64,000 bases of DNA from Takakia lepidozioides (GCA_030704615.1 CM060733.1:4650001-4714000), one strand, 5' to 3'. Numbered from the stretch's first letter, positions 48,670 to 63,335 are shown. The notes: generated by a model from the letters alone, not told the origin. Program-made: numbers and translations.

Positions 48670-51600
48670 ATGGAAGGGACAGAGGACGTTTCCTCTGCCC
48701 CAAGCAAACCAAGCAGTATCCATGGTCGCCGGATCTCATTTGCATCTGTAGACTCTTGCCACCAATCTGGCCATCCGGCCGAGACAGCCAAGAAAGATAT
48801 TTGGGCATTGATTCTGGAGTCTAAGAAGACGGCGGCTCGCTCATGTAGGATTTCTTCCTCGCCATCACAGGTTGAATCTAGAACTGGTTATTAACTGACT
48901 GTCGTGTTATCAATGCTTGAAGAAAAATCCAGAGGGTTTGGTTGCAGATTGAGGCGAATTCGTATTAGCACCATTCACAGATCTAAGTCGTTCAAGTAGG
49001 TAAATGTTGTGGACACCGGAGAGCGATCGACAAGATTAACGAACTTCAGGTCCACTTGTTGAATGTTGCATTCTCACAGGATTCTGACGACTTGCACTAG
49101 CTGGCACTCAATTTGCAGTAAGTGCAAAGAGGGTTGAAATTGGATGCAATGCATCCTAGATCTACTTGTAACAACTGAACTGCAAAGTTGGATGCAAATT
49201 CTTCAAAGATTTCTAGTTGTCAATGCTTAGCCGTAATGACCCTCCAGACTAGTGAGGGGGCAGCTAAAGTTCATGTAAAGCTCAGTTTCTTATACAGTCA
49301 GCCAAGACACAGGATTGAATCACGGTGGTTTTTCACTCAAATATGGTCATTTCACAATAGCAGGTGGAGCTGAGAAGCCCGATTCCCATGTCTTCTTTGT
49401 GGGTTCTCCTCAAGGGGGCAAAAGCACCCTTATTGCCCGCTACATAAACCCTGACAAGGTAACTCTTGAGGGCACTCTTGTTTCCTTCAACGGACTATAC
49501 TCCTTCCTGCCCTAACTTCCTGATGATTGACTGTCAAAGAGCAGCACAATTTGTACCATGGCAGGGAACTCATTGGATTATCTGTGTCTCACTGTTATAG
49601 TGCTCTCTCTCAGTTGAGTACTCTCGCTGTGGGGCCTTTCTTGCAACTTATAAAACCTTTTTCTTCTTGCTACCCCTCCACGCTCCCAGATTGGCTCTAC
49701 TACGCAAAGTATTCATATTTCACACACTCCTGCCCTGACATTGTGACGCAATTGAAGTCCATAGAACAGCACAATTTGTACTTACTATTTGTACCTTCCA
49801 TGTCTTATTGGCCTTACATGTCCTTATCTCTGTATCTATTCCTGTAACTGCACTTTCTATCTCCAGTTCTGTTGTCTGCTTGCTTGCCTTTGTGACACTG
49901 TACAACCACTCATGAGCAACACAAATTCCAAAACTCAAAAATGTGCAGGAGGATCCAACAAAGCCAACAATAGGATTGGAGTACACATTTGCCCGCCGCA
50001 CTGTTCCCACTTCAATCGAGCGCAAAGTAAGCCCTCAAAGTTCTTCTGGATGTTATTCTTTCCCTACATGAAGCCACCGTCCTTTGTTCAGGTTCTTGTC
50101 TATTACAACTTTGAATCTACAAGCTCCAGTTGTATCGGGGTTCATATGGAATGTTGGGAACACGTAGCTGTGATTCATTCAAGAGTGGGATGGTCCATGG
50201 AGACTGAGCTTTATTATTTGACTTTGGGAGGTCGGCAGGAGGTTGTTCACATATGGGAGCTCTCTGGACCCCGAAAGCTGCAAGATGAACTCATGTGCTC
50301 AGAGCACCTGCTGCTTCCCATCACAGCACTTCCCACATCAGTTGTTATTATTGTCCTTGATTTGTCAAAGGTATTTCCATTACTATTTTATCCCAAATCT
50401 CAATTATGAGCATCTTCTTCAATTACTTCTGGCTCTTCATCTTTGTCCCTCATCACACAAAGATTAACCGTGCTAGACAGCCTGTTAAGGGTTGAACCAA
50501 CCTCGACTGAACACATGATTGTTTCTTTTACCCCTGTTGCAGCCTTCAGAGTTGTTTGATACACTTATGTTCTGGTTGCAAAAGCTGCAAGAGAAGACTG
50601 AGGTTTTGTATGCCAAGCTTAGAAAGCGAGGCTCCAGAATTCCAGATCAACTTGTCACACGGCAGAAGAAGGTTTCTCCATGTTTACTCTGGTCAGGAAA
50701 ATGTTTGGCTTACTTAGCAGGGAGGTATGTTTGTGACTGTAAAAAGCTACCCACACCACAATCCTCGCATTCCTGTTGATTGTCATCATCATGCTCTCCA
50801 TCATGTCAAGCACCATCTGTGAAGGTTCTGATTGATGTGATGTGCCTTGAAATGCTGTCAATGCAATTCACCTCCAAAGGTTTGGGTTTTGAGTGAAAAT
50901 GCCGCAAATCCATTTACCATGTTGAGACCTTGCATGGTGCAGCTTTTTGGCGCTAGTCATGAAGATGTGAAAGTTGTGAAATGGTCTGGAGTTCCATGCA
51001 TCATAGTTGCAACAAAGGTAGGTTTCGCTTCTGACCTTTTGTCACCAGCTATAGAATTGAACATCTGCTTACAAATACTGTAGCTCCAACAGGTACCTTA
51101 GTGGTTGCCACACGCTCTGTCATCCTGGTTTCCAATCTACTTGAAATTCCGTCTACAAAGTCCACGGGCAAAGTCATGTCTACAGTAAATGGATACCTAG
51201 GGCTTATAGGTCCTAGGTGAGAAAGAGGATGTGCCACCATATTTATGTTCAAGATGGGGTCTATGACCACAAGGCTACAGCAACATCTTATGAGTACATT
51301 TGTTCCAAGACCTTTCCAAAAAACTGCCTATACCTAGTATTGTGCTGATATTGGCTGTTGAAATGTGGCGCGTGGCAACATGTGTACCAGTACGACACTT
51401 TCAAGGTCAGTACTGGTTACTTGACCCCACCTCAGATTGCTACTGAAAATTGAAGATCTTGAAGGTGATTTGAAGGACTGGATTGTGAACATTGCAATAT
51501 CTTAATGCCAAATAATTATGCCTCCGGGCGTTTTTCTCTGTCCCACACACAATACACCTATCGACAATCCCACATAGTAGTCACTTTGAACTTTGAGAAA

Positions 51601-53977
51601 TGTTGGCGCGTGGCAACCATGGTGTTACCAGTACGACACTTTCAAGGTCAGTACTGGTTTTACTTGGACCCACCGTCAGATTGCTACTTGGTGTGAAAAT
51701 TGAAGAAGATCTTTGAAGGTGATTTGAAAGGACTTGGATTGTTAACAATTGCAATATCTTAATTTTTAAATGCAAATAATTCCATGCCTCCGGGCGTTTT
51801 TTCCCTCTGTCCCACCAAAAACAATAACATATAGAGACAATTCCCACATAGTAGTCACTTTGAAATGGGGTCTGTGTAGTCTTCAATGAGGATGGGGGAG
51901 TAAGGAATAAGGAAGATCCAATCCCTATAAGATCAAAATCCTTTGATGATTTTGGGTTAGGTTGGTGGATGGCTCATGGGGTTTGGAAATAGGATGGGGA
52001 TGTGCCGAGGTGCGCAAGATAATGCCCGGGCACTGCGACCATGCGGCACACAAACATGCTGCTTCCCTTCTCTACACCACTGGCCTACAATCCAATGTAC
52101 GTCACCTTTTGGAAGCATTAGTAAAAAGTATCATTCTAATTTAGCACTGCTACCGTAGCTCTTTACGGCTGACTTCACTGCCAATCACAATTGAGCACCA
52201 GAGGACCTATAGTACGAGAACCCAACTATGAGGCCTGGAGCATTCCCATTTCCATTCCCATCTCAGCAGCTCAGGTAGAAACAAGCTCTAGTTATATTGA
52301 TAACAAGGGCTGTCATGGGCATTGCAAAGCAGGGAAAATGTCAGAATGACGGTGACAGGTGTCATAATAAAGCTGCACTGAATGCTTTTCGCATTATCCT
52401 GAACCACCTTGCCTTCCATACGTACGTCTGCAGACCCTCCAACCCTTGAGCCAGTTTCAGGTTACAAGACAATTAGCATCCTAAAAGTATAGATGGATTT
52501 CATCTTTCGAAGTTGCAGGATAGTATCAGAGCACGGCACAGTAATTGGGATGTAGTTCATATCTGCTAGTTGAGGATAACTCGTAGGGGGTGTAATTTGG
52601 CCACTTCAACTAAGAAAATCCTGAGAGAAAGTTGCTTTTGAAGGTCGTACCAAATTTATCATAAGTCCATTTCTTCATATTCTCCATGTTCCTATTGCAT
52701 CCCCATGAGCGTGAACACTTATTCAATTCACAACCAATATGGGAAGATGTTAATTTGTTAACTGAAAGCATGATGCAGACCACCAATCAAAGGGTTAGAG
52801 ACTGACCATTCAAGACTTCTGATGGTACCAGCTGGCTCCGACAAGTTCAAAGACATTGGGCATCCTAAGGTGCGTCTGCTTTTGTTCTGGTTGCTGGTCA
52901 TAACAATAGAGCACTTGTGCGTCTGAAATGCCATCTGGGTTTAAGCTATGTTACATGGTGCGCATTCTCCTAACTTGGAGTCCTAATGCCATGCAGGGAC
53001 TCGAGATTGATGCAAGTATTGACCATGTGACTTCCGAATGGAGGGCATTGTTCAGCCATACATTCTCTCCACTCACTGCCAAAACCGTTGTCCCAAATCG
53101 GTATGTAAAATTAACAATTGGACAGCTAGGTCATTTTTGTCCTTCATGAGCTGTAATTGATTGCTTCTCAGTATGCAGCCCCTGATGCGGACTAGAAAGC
53201 AGAAAGAGGGATGCAGGGGAGGATTAGGTGTATTCTCTGCCTTGAACAAATCTTGTTGATGTCGAGAGGTGAAAAAAGGCTCAATATGAAAGGAACTGTT
53301 TCATATGGCATTTAACATCGACATCTTCTGCACAGGTCATTTGATCCCAGCGAATACCGTGAAAGAGAGATAGATGCATCCATTACACAGGTAAACGTCC
53401 ACATTACATGCTATAAAATGGCCAGGCTAAGGCTATGCCAAGACATGAATCCAATGGATAAGACTTCAGTAATATTATGTAGACTATACTGGCATGATCC
53501 ACCAGTGGTGGTCATGTGGGGTGTCAAAGCTTCCTTGACCTTTGTTTCTGACCTCTCGCGAGATCCTTTTAAGTTCGACAGTATGACCATAGGTAAGACA
53601 CATTACTAGTGGAACCATTCAAGAGATCAGGAATGCAGTTCTTCCATGGCCCATTTTCCCTAGGTTGGTGTCTGAGCACTGTAGATTGCATCCATGGTGG
53701 GAAGTGGGTGCAAAGTCCAGGGCCAACCTGCTTGACCTTCACTCAAATCATGTCATTCTTTAAACTCTGGTTGCTGACCTCTAGCATGGTTCAGGCCTGA
53801 GTCTTTAAACCCAACAAAAGTGGCATTCAAGTGTGATATTGAGGCTGGTGTGCTGGGTAAAATTGCATGGGTGGTTAACTGCAGATCTCAGAACAGCTGA
53901 AAGCGGTCGACATGCAACGGGAGGTGACCAAGCATTTACTCTCGACCCCACAGTTCAAAAGACCAACACAGCTCTGA
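48670..53977 (+). CDS. DYNC2LI1: Cytoplasmic dynein-2 light intermediate chain (IFT dynein D1bLIC), multi-exon
   Basis: Exon peptides KKDIWALIL; VFFVGSPQGGKST (P-loop); KPTIGLEYTFARR; VHIWELSG..IVLDLSK; PSELFDTL; VPCIIVATK; YDTFK; EVRKIM..AHKHAASLLYTT; FRIILNHLAF; DHSRLLMVPAGSDKFKDIG; EYRERE; last exon 53885-53977. Apparent indels near 52000-52040. Confidence 0.88.
51357..51862 (+). repeat. Tandem duplication of about 235 bp, second copy indel-rich
   Basis: 51357-51590 is repeated at about 51594-51862 with many single-base insertions; the paralogue at 18977-19212 has one copy. Confidence 0.85.
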
Positions 53978-55006
53978 AGATGAGCTTCAATATGACTATG
54001 TGCAAAAGTACCCTTTAGCTCACGAATCAGTAACACGTTCCTCACGTTCCTAGTAACATACATAAAGAAGCGATGTCGCTAGTCTCTACTTATCTCGTGG
54101 GACCCTGTGGAGGACATAAAGTTTCTTCCTTGGCCAGCAGGGACAGTTTCTATGGCTATAAAGGCTGCCGAGGGTCCGGTATCACAACACTTGGTATGAC
54201 ATTGAATGCCTTGAAAACTGCATTCGTGAAAAAATTCCCCCATAATGCAAATTTGTGATGGAAACGAGCTAGAGCAAAGCCTCTCAAGTGATATTTTTGA
54301 TTGGCTATGGCAATTAGTGCCAACGCAGAGGTGAAATTCCACAAGGCTATGTTGCAATTGTCAGCACATTTCCATGTTACATGAGCATTTCAGGCTTTGT
54401 TCGGACATTCTTCATGCTTCCAACATGCCTTGGACACTTCAGCTTCCAAGAAAGCCTTTTGTGCATACAAAAGGCCAAAAAGATGACCAGGACAGAGAGT
54501 CCTCGTCATCCATCAAGTAGTAGCTCATATTACATCATACATACAAGATGAACAAATGCTGGAATACCCTGTGGGAGGTACATCCTTGCTTAGACCTCCG
54601 TCACAGAAAGGCTGCGAGCCTATCAGCAGACAGAATTAAGTTCAATAAGTTGAAAGGCTCTGACTCTTCCTATATACAGCTCCAATCGTCACTGGATTCC
54701 CTGGGCCCCCCGAACCCCTCATCTTTTTCAGTTCTCCATCCTTCTCTGCAGCATCATCACGACAGCTGAAGTTCCTAATCAAGGAAGGCCAGCCATGGCT
54801 GAACCATGCCCAATACCAACAATCTCTTACAATAATGAAGATCGATCCACAGACTTGTGTCAACAATGGTGGCCTTCAAATACACCACAATAAATGTCCA
54901 ACAACCCACCCTCCAAGACTGTCACAATAGCGATACACAAGCACACCCAAGAAGAAAACATGGCAAAAAGCTTATATTATGCAGTGTAAAGAGACCGTAC
55001 AAGAAG

Positions 55007-58000
55007 CTAAGGTGAGGAGGAGCGACAGTATCGTTCCAGGCCCTGGTCCCTGCTATTAATTTTCAACTTGCGCATGGCAGCTGTCTCCAACTGTCTCACT
55101 CTCTCCCTTGACACACCATACCTGCAACCCAGAAGGTGTTTGAATTTCAGTATCTGTAACTGTATCTCTAGCCCTCTGACTATCTTCTCTCATTCTTCCC
55201 ACCATTATAGGGTAAGGTTTGACTTGGGGCAGTACCCAGAATGCCATCACCAACTGATGATGAGTGCACCTACTCGAAAGCCTTTGGCTACACATGGATC
55301 CTTCGAACTCCTTCATGCTATTTTTCTATTCAGGTGGCCAAGTTTTGCAAATGGACAAAGTTTGTCAGCGGAATGTATCAAACTCCTTCATGCTATTTTT
55401 CTATTCATGTGGCGAAGTTTTGCAAATGGACAAAGTTCGTCAGCGGAATGTAGTGTTGAGGTAGTCGTAAGTAGGCAGGAGGGCCAAGGGGGCATAGTAG
55501 CACAACATAACAAACACCCAGTGGGAATTTCAGATCTATTCTGAGTGTTAAGGGATGAAAATAGACATTCAAGTTTCAGACACAATATTGGAAATTGTAA
55601 AATGTGCTCATAAGCCGTCGTTTTCCGTAGACACAGAGTTTGGACAGAAGATTGTACTCATAAGACATTGTTTGCCGTAGCCTTGTGGCCATTGACCCCG
55701 CGCCCAGTTTGAGCGGGAACAAAAGGGACAGAACCTACCTCTGTCAGGGGCTGACATTGGTAGTAAGACTTACCTTGATATATAGAATTAATCCGGGTTT
55801 TCCAGATATCCTCTAGAAATCCCTTCACACAAGCATCAATCTGCTGTGTGTGATTTGCCCAAAAACTAGGCCTCAGGAGGGCCTGGGCTTTCGGCTCAGC
55901 CTCGAGACTTTCAAAGTTGGTAAACAGGGGTACAGGCACAATTCCCTTGATAGATTTGAAGAGAGCATCTCTTTGGTGAGAGAACCCTGGACAGTGTATC
56001 AGAAAATGAATACTGTCTTCAGATTGCCCACACAACGGGCAATTGCACTCTCCCTTTCCTCTCTGCTTCTGTTTGCTGTTCAAAGGTAGGCTTCCTGCCC
56101 TGAGTTTAAATTTCAGTCTAGTGCCGAAAGTGGGTAGACCCTTGAGGTCATCCAAGATGTCCTCCCCCATGTCACTGACTGGAAACAAGTTCAGGGAAGT
56201 TTTCTGCCTAACTTCATTTTCATCAGACAATCTCATGGCAACAGACATGGTTTCGGACACTACAGCCTCTAAGTCAGATTTATCCAGCAGGGTCAAGACT
56301 TGCGGATCCAGGTCCAGGTCCTTGAGAATCTCTTCTACTCTCTTCTGCCAGGACTTAGCCTGTTTGACAGGGCGGTCCTGTTTCCAAGATATAGAGTCGA
56401 TTAACTTAGGATATCTGGTGTTGGGCATATGTTGCAGCTGACCCCACCATCTGACCTTGAATTCATCTCGTCGGGAGCTTAAGGACAGAATGCCAAACTC
56501 ACCCCGAACAGCCACACTGGCTGTTTTGGAGCATGCTGACATACACTCCTTAAGCACCCCCACTTGAATGGATTCTAGAGACTAGAGTTTGGACAGAAGA
56601 GAGAGAGAGAGGGGGTACCTGTGGCTAATACTCTCAAAGGACATTGGGTATCCATCATGGCGGCCAATGCCATAGTGCAATCGCACGATGTCACGTTCCC
56701 TGGGCCCTAGCTGTGCCGTAAGCAGCCGATCCACATCCTCCTACACATGCACAGAAATTGGCTTCTTCACCAATGAGTGCTGACACCTTGGTTCATACAG
56801 CATGGAGTACTCACCAGACTCCTAAACCGTACGTAAAGAGAATGGATACTCAGACTGCAGGACAATAGCAGCCATCTATTATACAGACACATGAGGGAAA
56901 TCAATTCAGTACATGATGGGCTCACTACAAAGTAAAACTTCTTGTCAGCCCTTCCTATGATTTATCACCACACATGTGGAGGAAGGACCTCAGAAACAAA
57001 GTAACCATATTATCACCAGTGCCTCAAGACAAATACCTTCATGAGCATTTGCTCCACAACACTCCACGGCTGACTCTCCTCATGACAGTCTGCCACCTTC
57101 TGTAACATAGAGACAAGACTGTTACACTACGGGAACACCATGGTTCCGGGCTGTGCTACAAAATGGTTGTGCTACATATTTAGTCAACATGATAGTCCCA
57201 AACATTGATATCCATCCTGTGGTAATAGCATCATCGAACACAATGAAGAACAGAGCCTGGATATCATGATAACAGCATGAGGAACTGCTAAGAAAAACTT
57301 ACACTGTGTAGGGTTTCTTTATCATTATTATGGATGGTGTTGCGACCAATCTCCCTGTCCAAGGACACCAGCTTCTTGGTCACCTGGAAAAATATGTCCC
57401 TATGTGTCATCAGTCTTGTTCATCCTAAAAGCCACACTTCCTATCACTTGAGACAATATACATACCAGTTAACGAAAATGATTCGAGATACACAAAAGAA
57501 GAGCAGCCTACAAGGAGTGTGGGGTACAATCCACCCAACATTCAGGGCTTTGATTAGTGGCCATTGCTTATCGGGTATACAAAGATGATAACATTCTAGG
57601 TCGCTCCTTGTGAGAAGGGGCGCAAAACAACCCTATATAAACATTTGTTTCCACATACAATGTAGGGCTGCCATATACATACTTCTATATGAAGCCTACA
57701 AGTAGTACTGGAAAATATGTTAGCATCAAGTGTAATATCAAAGATGAGTCTATTTCTCTTGGTTTTCAAGCTCGCAGGTTCCTCCAAAAATTGTAACAAG
57801 CCATCGACACCAAGTTACACTGTCCTTCTCTGCCCCACCCTCCAGGTTCTCTATACCAAATCACTATGTGGGAGAGCCCCGAATAGGAAATAATCATGTC
57901 ACTGCACCTTGATCTAGTACCTTGAGGGCATTCTGGACCTTGATGTCCGAGAGATTTGTTGCTTGTGACAGCCTCTGCACGCCAAAATGAAAGACAGGCT

Positions 58001-60903
58001 TGTCAAGCTTGAGGTAGAAAGAAACTAAAACATAAACACGTATCTCTTTATTTCTAGCCCTAGATTCTTTCCAAACAGCAATTTCACACAGGAAGGTGAT
58101 GGAGGATGGAGGCTCCAAATTGAAGTTCACAGCAGCAGCCTCTCATACTGCAACTTAAACGATGTTTATTATAAAATGCTTTTAGAAACCTCACCGCAAC
58201 AGAGGGACGGGAACCCTCTGACAACAATCTTGACTTGGCTTTTCTTACGCGGCTCAGTGTATCATGCACATGAACTGGCACTCTCACAGTTCTTGAGTGA
58301 TCAGCTATAGCCCTTGTCACCCCCTGCATCCCCACAACTCCATTTATGTTGTGCAGGCAACATACAGGAAAACGACTCTGTAGTAGGGATTAAATGCAAC
58401 TCTTCCATGCAGCACTACCTGGGATAAGCGCGTATCCAGCGAGCACTTTCAGGTCAAGGGCAGACACATTTGAGTCCCTCCCCGACAATGCGGTCACAGG
58501 GGGGCCAAGGGTTCCCTGTCACCGTCGCGCAGTCACAGTTTAGAACCAATGTATGGTGAACAACACTACTTGTACTTGCTCATCCAACAAATAAAAGAAC
58601 TGGATGCTCAGAGGAAGAAGTGGGTTGTGCTCTCCTCTCCCTGCCAACAGTGTGCAGAGGCCCTGCAAGAATACCTCCTTGAAGGATATATGCATGAAAC
58701 CAAGTACGTAACATTTCTACCAAATATGGAAAGCAAAACAACAAATATGGGAATGGAGAGTTCAGATATGCAACTCTGTATCACCTGACGAATCCACCAA
58801 TGGACGTAAGTGGAAAGCTTGTAACCTCTGGTGTGATCAAACTTCTCTACTCCCCGCAAGAGCCCAATTGAGCCCTCCTGTTGATGGCAGTAATTGATGT
58901 CATCAGAATTCTTTAATTAACCATGTAAATTGGGTCTTTCAGTTAGAGAGTTGATTATCTGTCAGAACTTTTGTCCTTAGCACCACATGTAGAAATGGTA
59001 TCTTAATTCAAACGACCCTACAGACTTCCTCAACTCCAACCACATTACAAAGTATCAACAATGACAATGTGTCCATATCTCAGCAAGGTATCCGAAGAAG
59101 ATAAATAATGAAAATTGGGAAATGACCATCAAGGGCATATCTTGTACAAGGTTGAACACCATGCCTGTCTCTATTTTACTGCTATACCACTAATTCAGAC
59201 TCAGAATCTCTTTCACATTCGCCCTGCTCAACACCATCCATAGTGAATGACATTTCGCAATGAGAGCCATGCAAACCTGGATCAAGTCTGCCATTTCGAG
59301 TCCATAGCTGTTATACCGCTTTGCCACAGATACTACGAGTCGCAAGTTCGCCATGACCATCTTATCTCGGGCAAGCTCTGCCTCCCCAAGCTTCCTCACC
59401 AGATCACCAACTGACAGTTGCAAGTAAGCAGCCCACTGTTCCTTCGTTGGCTCATATCCCAGCTCCACTGCGAGTCTGAAATGAGAATGAGAACTTATCA
59501 ACACCACAGGCACTTCTGTGCTATCCTTTCATGTCACCTGGAAGTCACTTCACCACACCAGCATGACAACCACAACAGAACACCTGAATACTGGAACTGT
59601 GTCTGCTTCCTGACACAATTGACCTCTCAGTACTTGGGACCATTGACTCTAAATCTGAAGAACCAACGTTCTGCAGCATTCCAAAGACATCCTGAGCACA
59701 TTCGACCCTCATTCTTTGGGAATCACCTTTAGACTAACGCATACCAAAAACTGACATTTCAGACTATTTTAGAACATGTTACACTATGCCATCATGCCCA
59801 TGTGCGCAAAGCTGTCAAGGCCATGACGAAAGACAACGCTTAAACCCTCACTAGTTTCTAAAGTTGAACTCTCGGCATATTAACTTAAAGGTAATGATTG
59901 AGATGACAAGCACATTAACCTTGCTCATTTCCCCTACCCTGAACTCGACCGCTCGATCGATTGAATAAATTGCGGCATCAATCCACAAAATTGTATGACT
60001 TCTCCACACGTAGCAAATAAACCCCTACGAGTCAAGAAGGCAAATGAGAATCATCACTTACTTTTTCTTGCCTTCTTTGAGGTCCAAACCAATCCTCAAC
60101 TTCTTTGAAAGTACAATTTCCTCGTCCCTGGTAAGCAAGTCAATCTTTGCAATGTCTCTCAAGTACGTTGTCAGATAGTCTTGAACTCCTTCAGATTTAG
60201 TATGCTTCACCTTTTCCCCTTTCTCATACTGCTTCATTGGCCGAAGCATGAGAACCTCAGGTGGCGTCGGCTTTCCCCCTATTATCATTCGTTTCTGCCT
60301 TGCTTCTAAACGGCGGCGGCGCGCAGATGGCCTCCCTGAGCTCACTACTACTGTCCGGTCTGTCCCGCTAACACTAACTTCAGCAGGGGCCTCTTGCTCC
60401 TCGTCCATTACGGTTTTCATTTCCCTTTGATGCCTATCCACACTTGATGGTTCCTCCATTGACAATTCCTCTAACGACAACGCCCACTGCACTTCCAAGA
60501 TGGAACGCTCCAAGACTGTTGCTGCATCGAATGCGGGGGAAAAATCGCGGCCTAAAAAAAGTTGCGCAAAATCCTTTTCTAACACACCTACGCACTCACG
60601 AGAGGCAGTGAGAGCACTAGCCGCATGACGATCCCTGAATGCCATGGCGGGTTCCACTCGCTGCGCACCTTTCGTAGCTAGCAAGGACCGCTTCTTCTTC
60701 GTAGCTGTTGCATCCTCACTGCTGGGAGCTAAGACGCAGCTGGGCCGCAGGCACACATTCTTGATGCATGAGGCTCCATCCGCGAAAAGAACCAGACTCT
60801 CAGTCGAATCGCATACTAGCATTTTTCCGAGGTGCCTAACTTTTTGCAACCCCACTCCCCCCGCCGCCATAGCCATTGCTCTTAGTCCGATCCCCAAGCT
60901 CAT
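55007..60903 (-). CDS. Nuclear-encoded plastid RNA polymerase sigma factor (sigma-70, SIG1/SIGX-like), 9 exons
   Basis: Exons 60903-60062, 59475-59277, 58877-58785, 58323-58195, 57974-57921, 57383-57303, 57099-57037, 56740-56619, 55121-55007. Region 1.2 [16 protein letters not shown]; region 2 [42 protein letters not shown]; region 4.2 [11 protein letters not shown]. Confidence 0.95.
55306..55451 (+). repeat. Two-copy tandem repeat, 75-bp period, intronic
   Basis: aactccttcatgctatttttctattca...gtcagcggaatgta at 55306 and 55381. Confidence 0.85.
55652..56583 (-). mobile_element. 5'-truncated non-LTR retrotransposon in the last intron of the sigma gene
   Basis: Open 301-codon ORF2 C-terminus ([30 protein letters not shown]); perfect 17-bp TSD agagtttggacagaaga at 55635-55651 and 56584-56600. 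Confidence 0.9.
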
Positions 60904-63269
60904 CAACTCCTACCCCGAGAGAACTTCAAGGTGAAATACACTGTTAAGCACATCGCTTTGAGCTGCATGAGAGAGGTCCGAAATGTGTTCCCCTTCCGCA
61001 AAGCTAGCTGTCGTAACGGCTCGCAATAAATCGAGCTAGCACTCTGCAGCTCCAGAGAGACCTGCCCAGCCCCGAGAGACGAGAGAGACGACTGCTAGCA
61101 AAAACACTCACAAGTCCGAAACTTCATTCGTCAATCCAACTTATCCGCTCTCTTCATCCGCACAGAACCCATCTAGAGGTAATTTGTGAAGACATAGAGA
61201 CATAGTTTCATCCATATGATCACTAGAGACACTCCCCTGTTTGAGCAACGTTTGAACTTTAGAGACAAACCCTAAACCGTTTCCAAATTGTCGGTCCATT
61301 CTAGTCACTACTAGTGTACACTTTGCAAAATCACTCGTTTCTTACCTGCCCCACAGCGGTGGCTTTGTTTGGACGACCGGTGGCATCCGGTTATTCCGCC
61401 CTTCAACCTGAAATAGCCGGTCTCAGGACTCAAAAGGTAATAAATATCTACAAAGAGGTCACACGTGACATGCCCTAAAAGCAGAATCCGCAATTTTGGC
61501 AGCGTCCAATCGGGACAGTGAACAAGCGCCGTGGATGACGAGAATCGAGGGCCCATATTGCTGACAGGAGATAGAGGGCGCTAGGGGGCCTCTAAATATG
61601 TACCATCGACGAAGGTAGTGGGATAGCCGGTTAGGCACTTGCCTGCCTTAATAATTATTTTTGGGGAATCTTGGCAGTTAGGAATTTTTTAAAAAAACTT
61701 TTAAATTAGGCATCTTGGATGTGTATTTTTTTCAAATTAGGCAACTAAAAATAATAAAATCAAATCAAAATAATCAAAATAGAGCCGCTGCCATGGATGA
61801 AATTCACAATTGAGTCCATGGATGACGTTTTAAATGAGAACTTAGCCTCTGCCTATCACCTATGGGCCCCACAGCCGCACCAGCTTCCCTCCAGGCTCAT
61901 CCCTTCTTTTTCCCCTAAGTCTGTTGCTAAGCTCCTTAGTGGTCGTTCTCTTGCAGTGACAGGTCTGTGGCGATTGTAGTGCACTGAAACTCTCCCCTAA
62001 AATGTGACTTTTTTTTGCCATTGCCTGCGATATGATCTTCGGAGACATGTAGAAATGATTTGCATACAAGTTGCCGCTCCCCATCAGCACAAAGTTCTTT
62101 CTTTTCTTTGCCTTGTAGACATTGTTGCTCCTCTCTCTTCGCACGCTCGTCTCAGCTCCTTGGTGGTTGTCATGGATGCCGGGGAAGTCACTTCCAAATC
62201 TTCCCAACCGATGTGCAAAAAAATATAGGGTGCAATATATTTTGAAAAAAAAGAAAAAGATTTAAAATTAATAATGGGTACATTATATTGTGATTAGGGA
62301 ATTTAAATGAATATAGGGTTTAAATTAATTACTCATTTTTTTTAAAAATTAAGATAATTATAGGGTTAAGACAATATCTGTGGACACGTGTCGTCCAGTG
62401 ATTAGTCCTTGGATAAGTGTCGTGCATTTAGAGTTTAGGGTCTAATGGTAAGGGATGGGGTTTGAGCGCGAGGTATCCCCTTTTTCTAATGGTAAGGGAG
62501 GGAGCTTCCTGTCGATTGTCATTCGTGAGGGCCGGATATCACAAAATTACTTTCGAATCCCTGTGGATTGGTAGCTACGAGAAACCTGCTGGATAGGCAT
62601 GATTCAAAATATGAGAAGAAAGGCATGGAGCAGGTGGGGGATATCGTGACAACCTATTGATCTCCTAAATAGACCAACCACCAATTATGGTGTTATTAGA
62701 GGACAATTTAAATTCAAATATAATCATACTGACAACAAGTAGATTCAGTTATTAGTTCAGTCACTATGACTTTCGATAGTGCAGAACATTTACACCTTGA
62801 ATGATGATGATGCGAATGCTTCAAATGAATTTATTTCAACCAAATAACAAATTAAATTGTCTTGAAAAAAACATTATTATTAATTTAAGATTTTTAATAT
62901 AATAAATTATAACTAAAATATCATATTAAATTTCACCATATTACAAAATGCCTATCATTTTTAATATTAGCGTCTTCAATGCACAAATGGGCCTCGCCAG
63001 TACGGCCCATAGGTGAGCAGATAAACCCACCGCCTATTCACCGGGTCCGGATTCCGATTTTTTTCTAAGTCCTGGTTCTTCATACCCTCCAAGAGACTGA
63101 CTCCTCCAGACTAACTCCAACCATCGAGAGGACTGGCGAGCGGACTGACAACTTGCGAGCGGACTCCAACTGGTGAACGCACTTACTCCAACCTTCAACC
63201 GGACTGGCAGACCCTCATCAGACAAAATATATATTTATTATTAACACACATTACTGCCACGGTGTCACC

Positions 63270-63335
63270 TAGCAGGATTTGAACACCAAACCGCATGCTT
63301 ATTATAAGTTGCTCTTTACTACCACACTACCCGCT
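63270..63335 (-). repeat. Degenerate tRNA-like SINE head
   Basis: GGTAGTGTGGTAG ... GTGTTCAAATCC with A/B-box spacing; no cloverleaf. Confidence 0.3.

Noticed and set aside
58380-58550. Structured ncRNA in a sigma factor intron
   Set aside because: Only a short GC-rich hairpin; no recognisable snoRNA or snRNA boxes.
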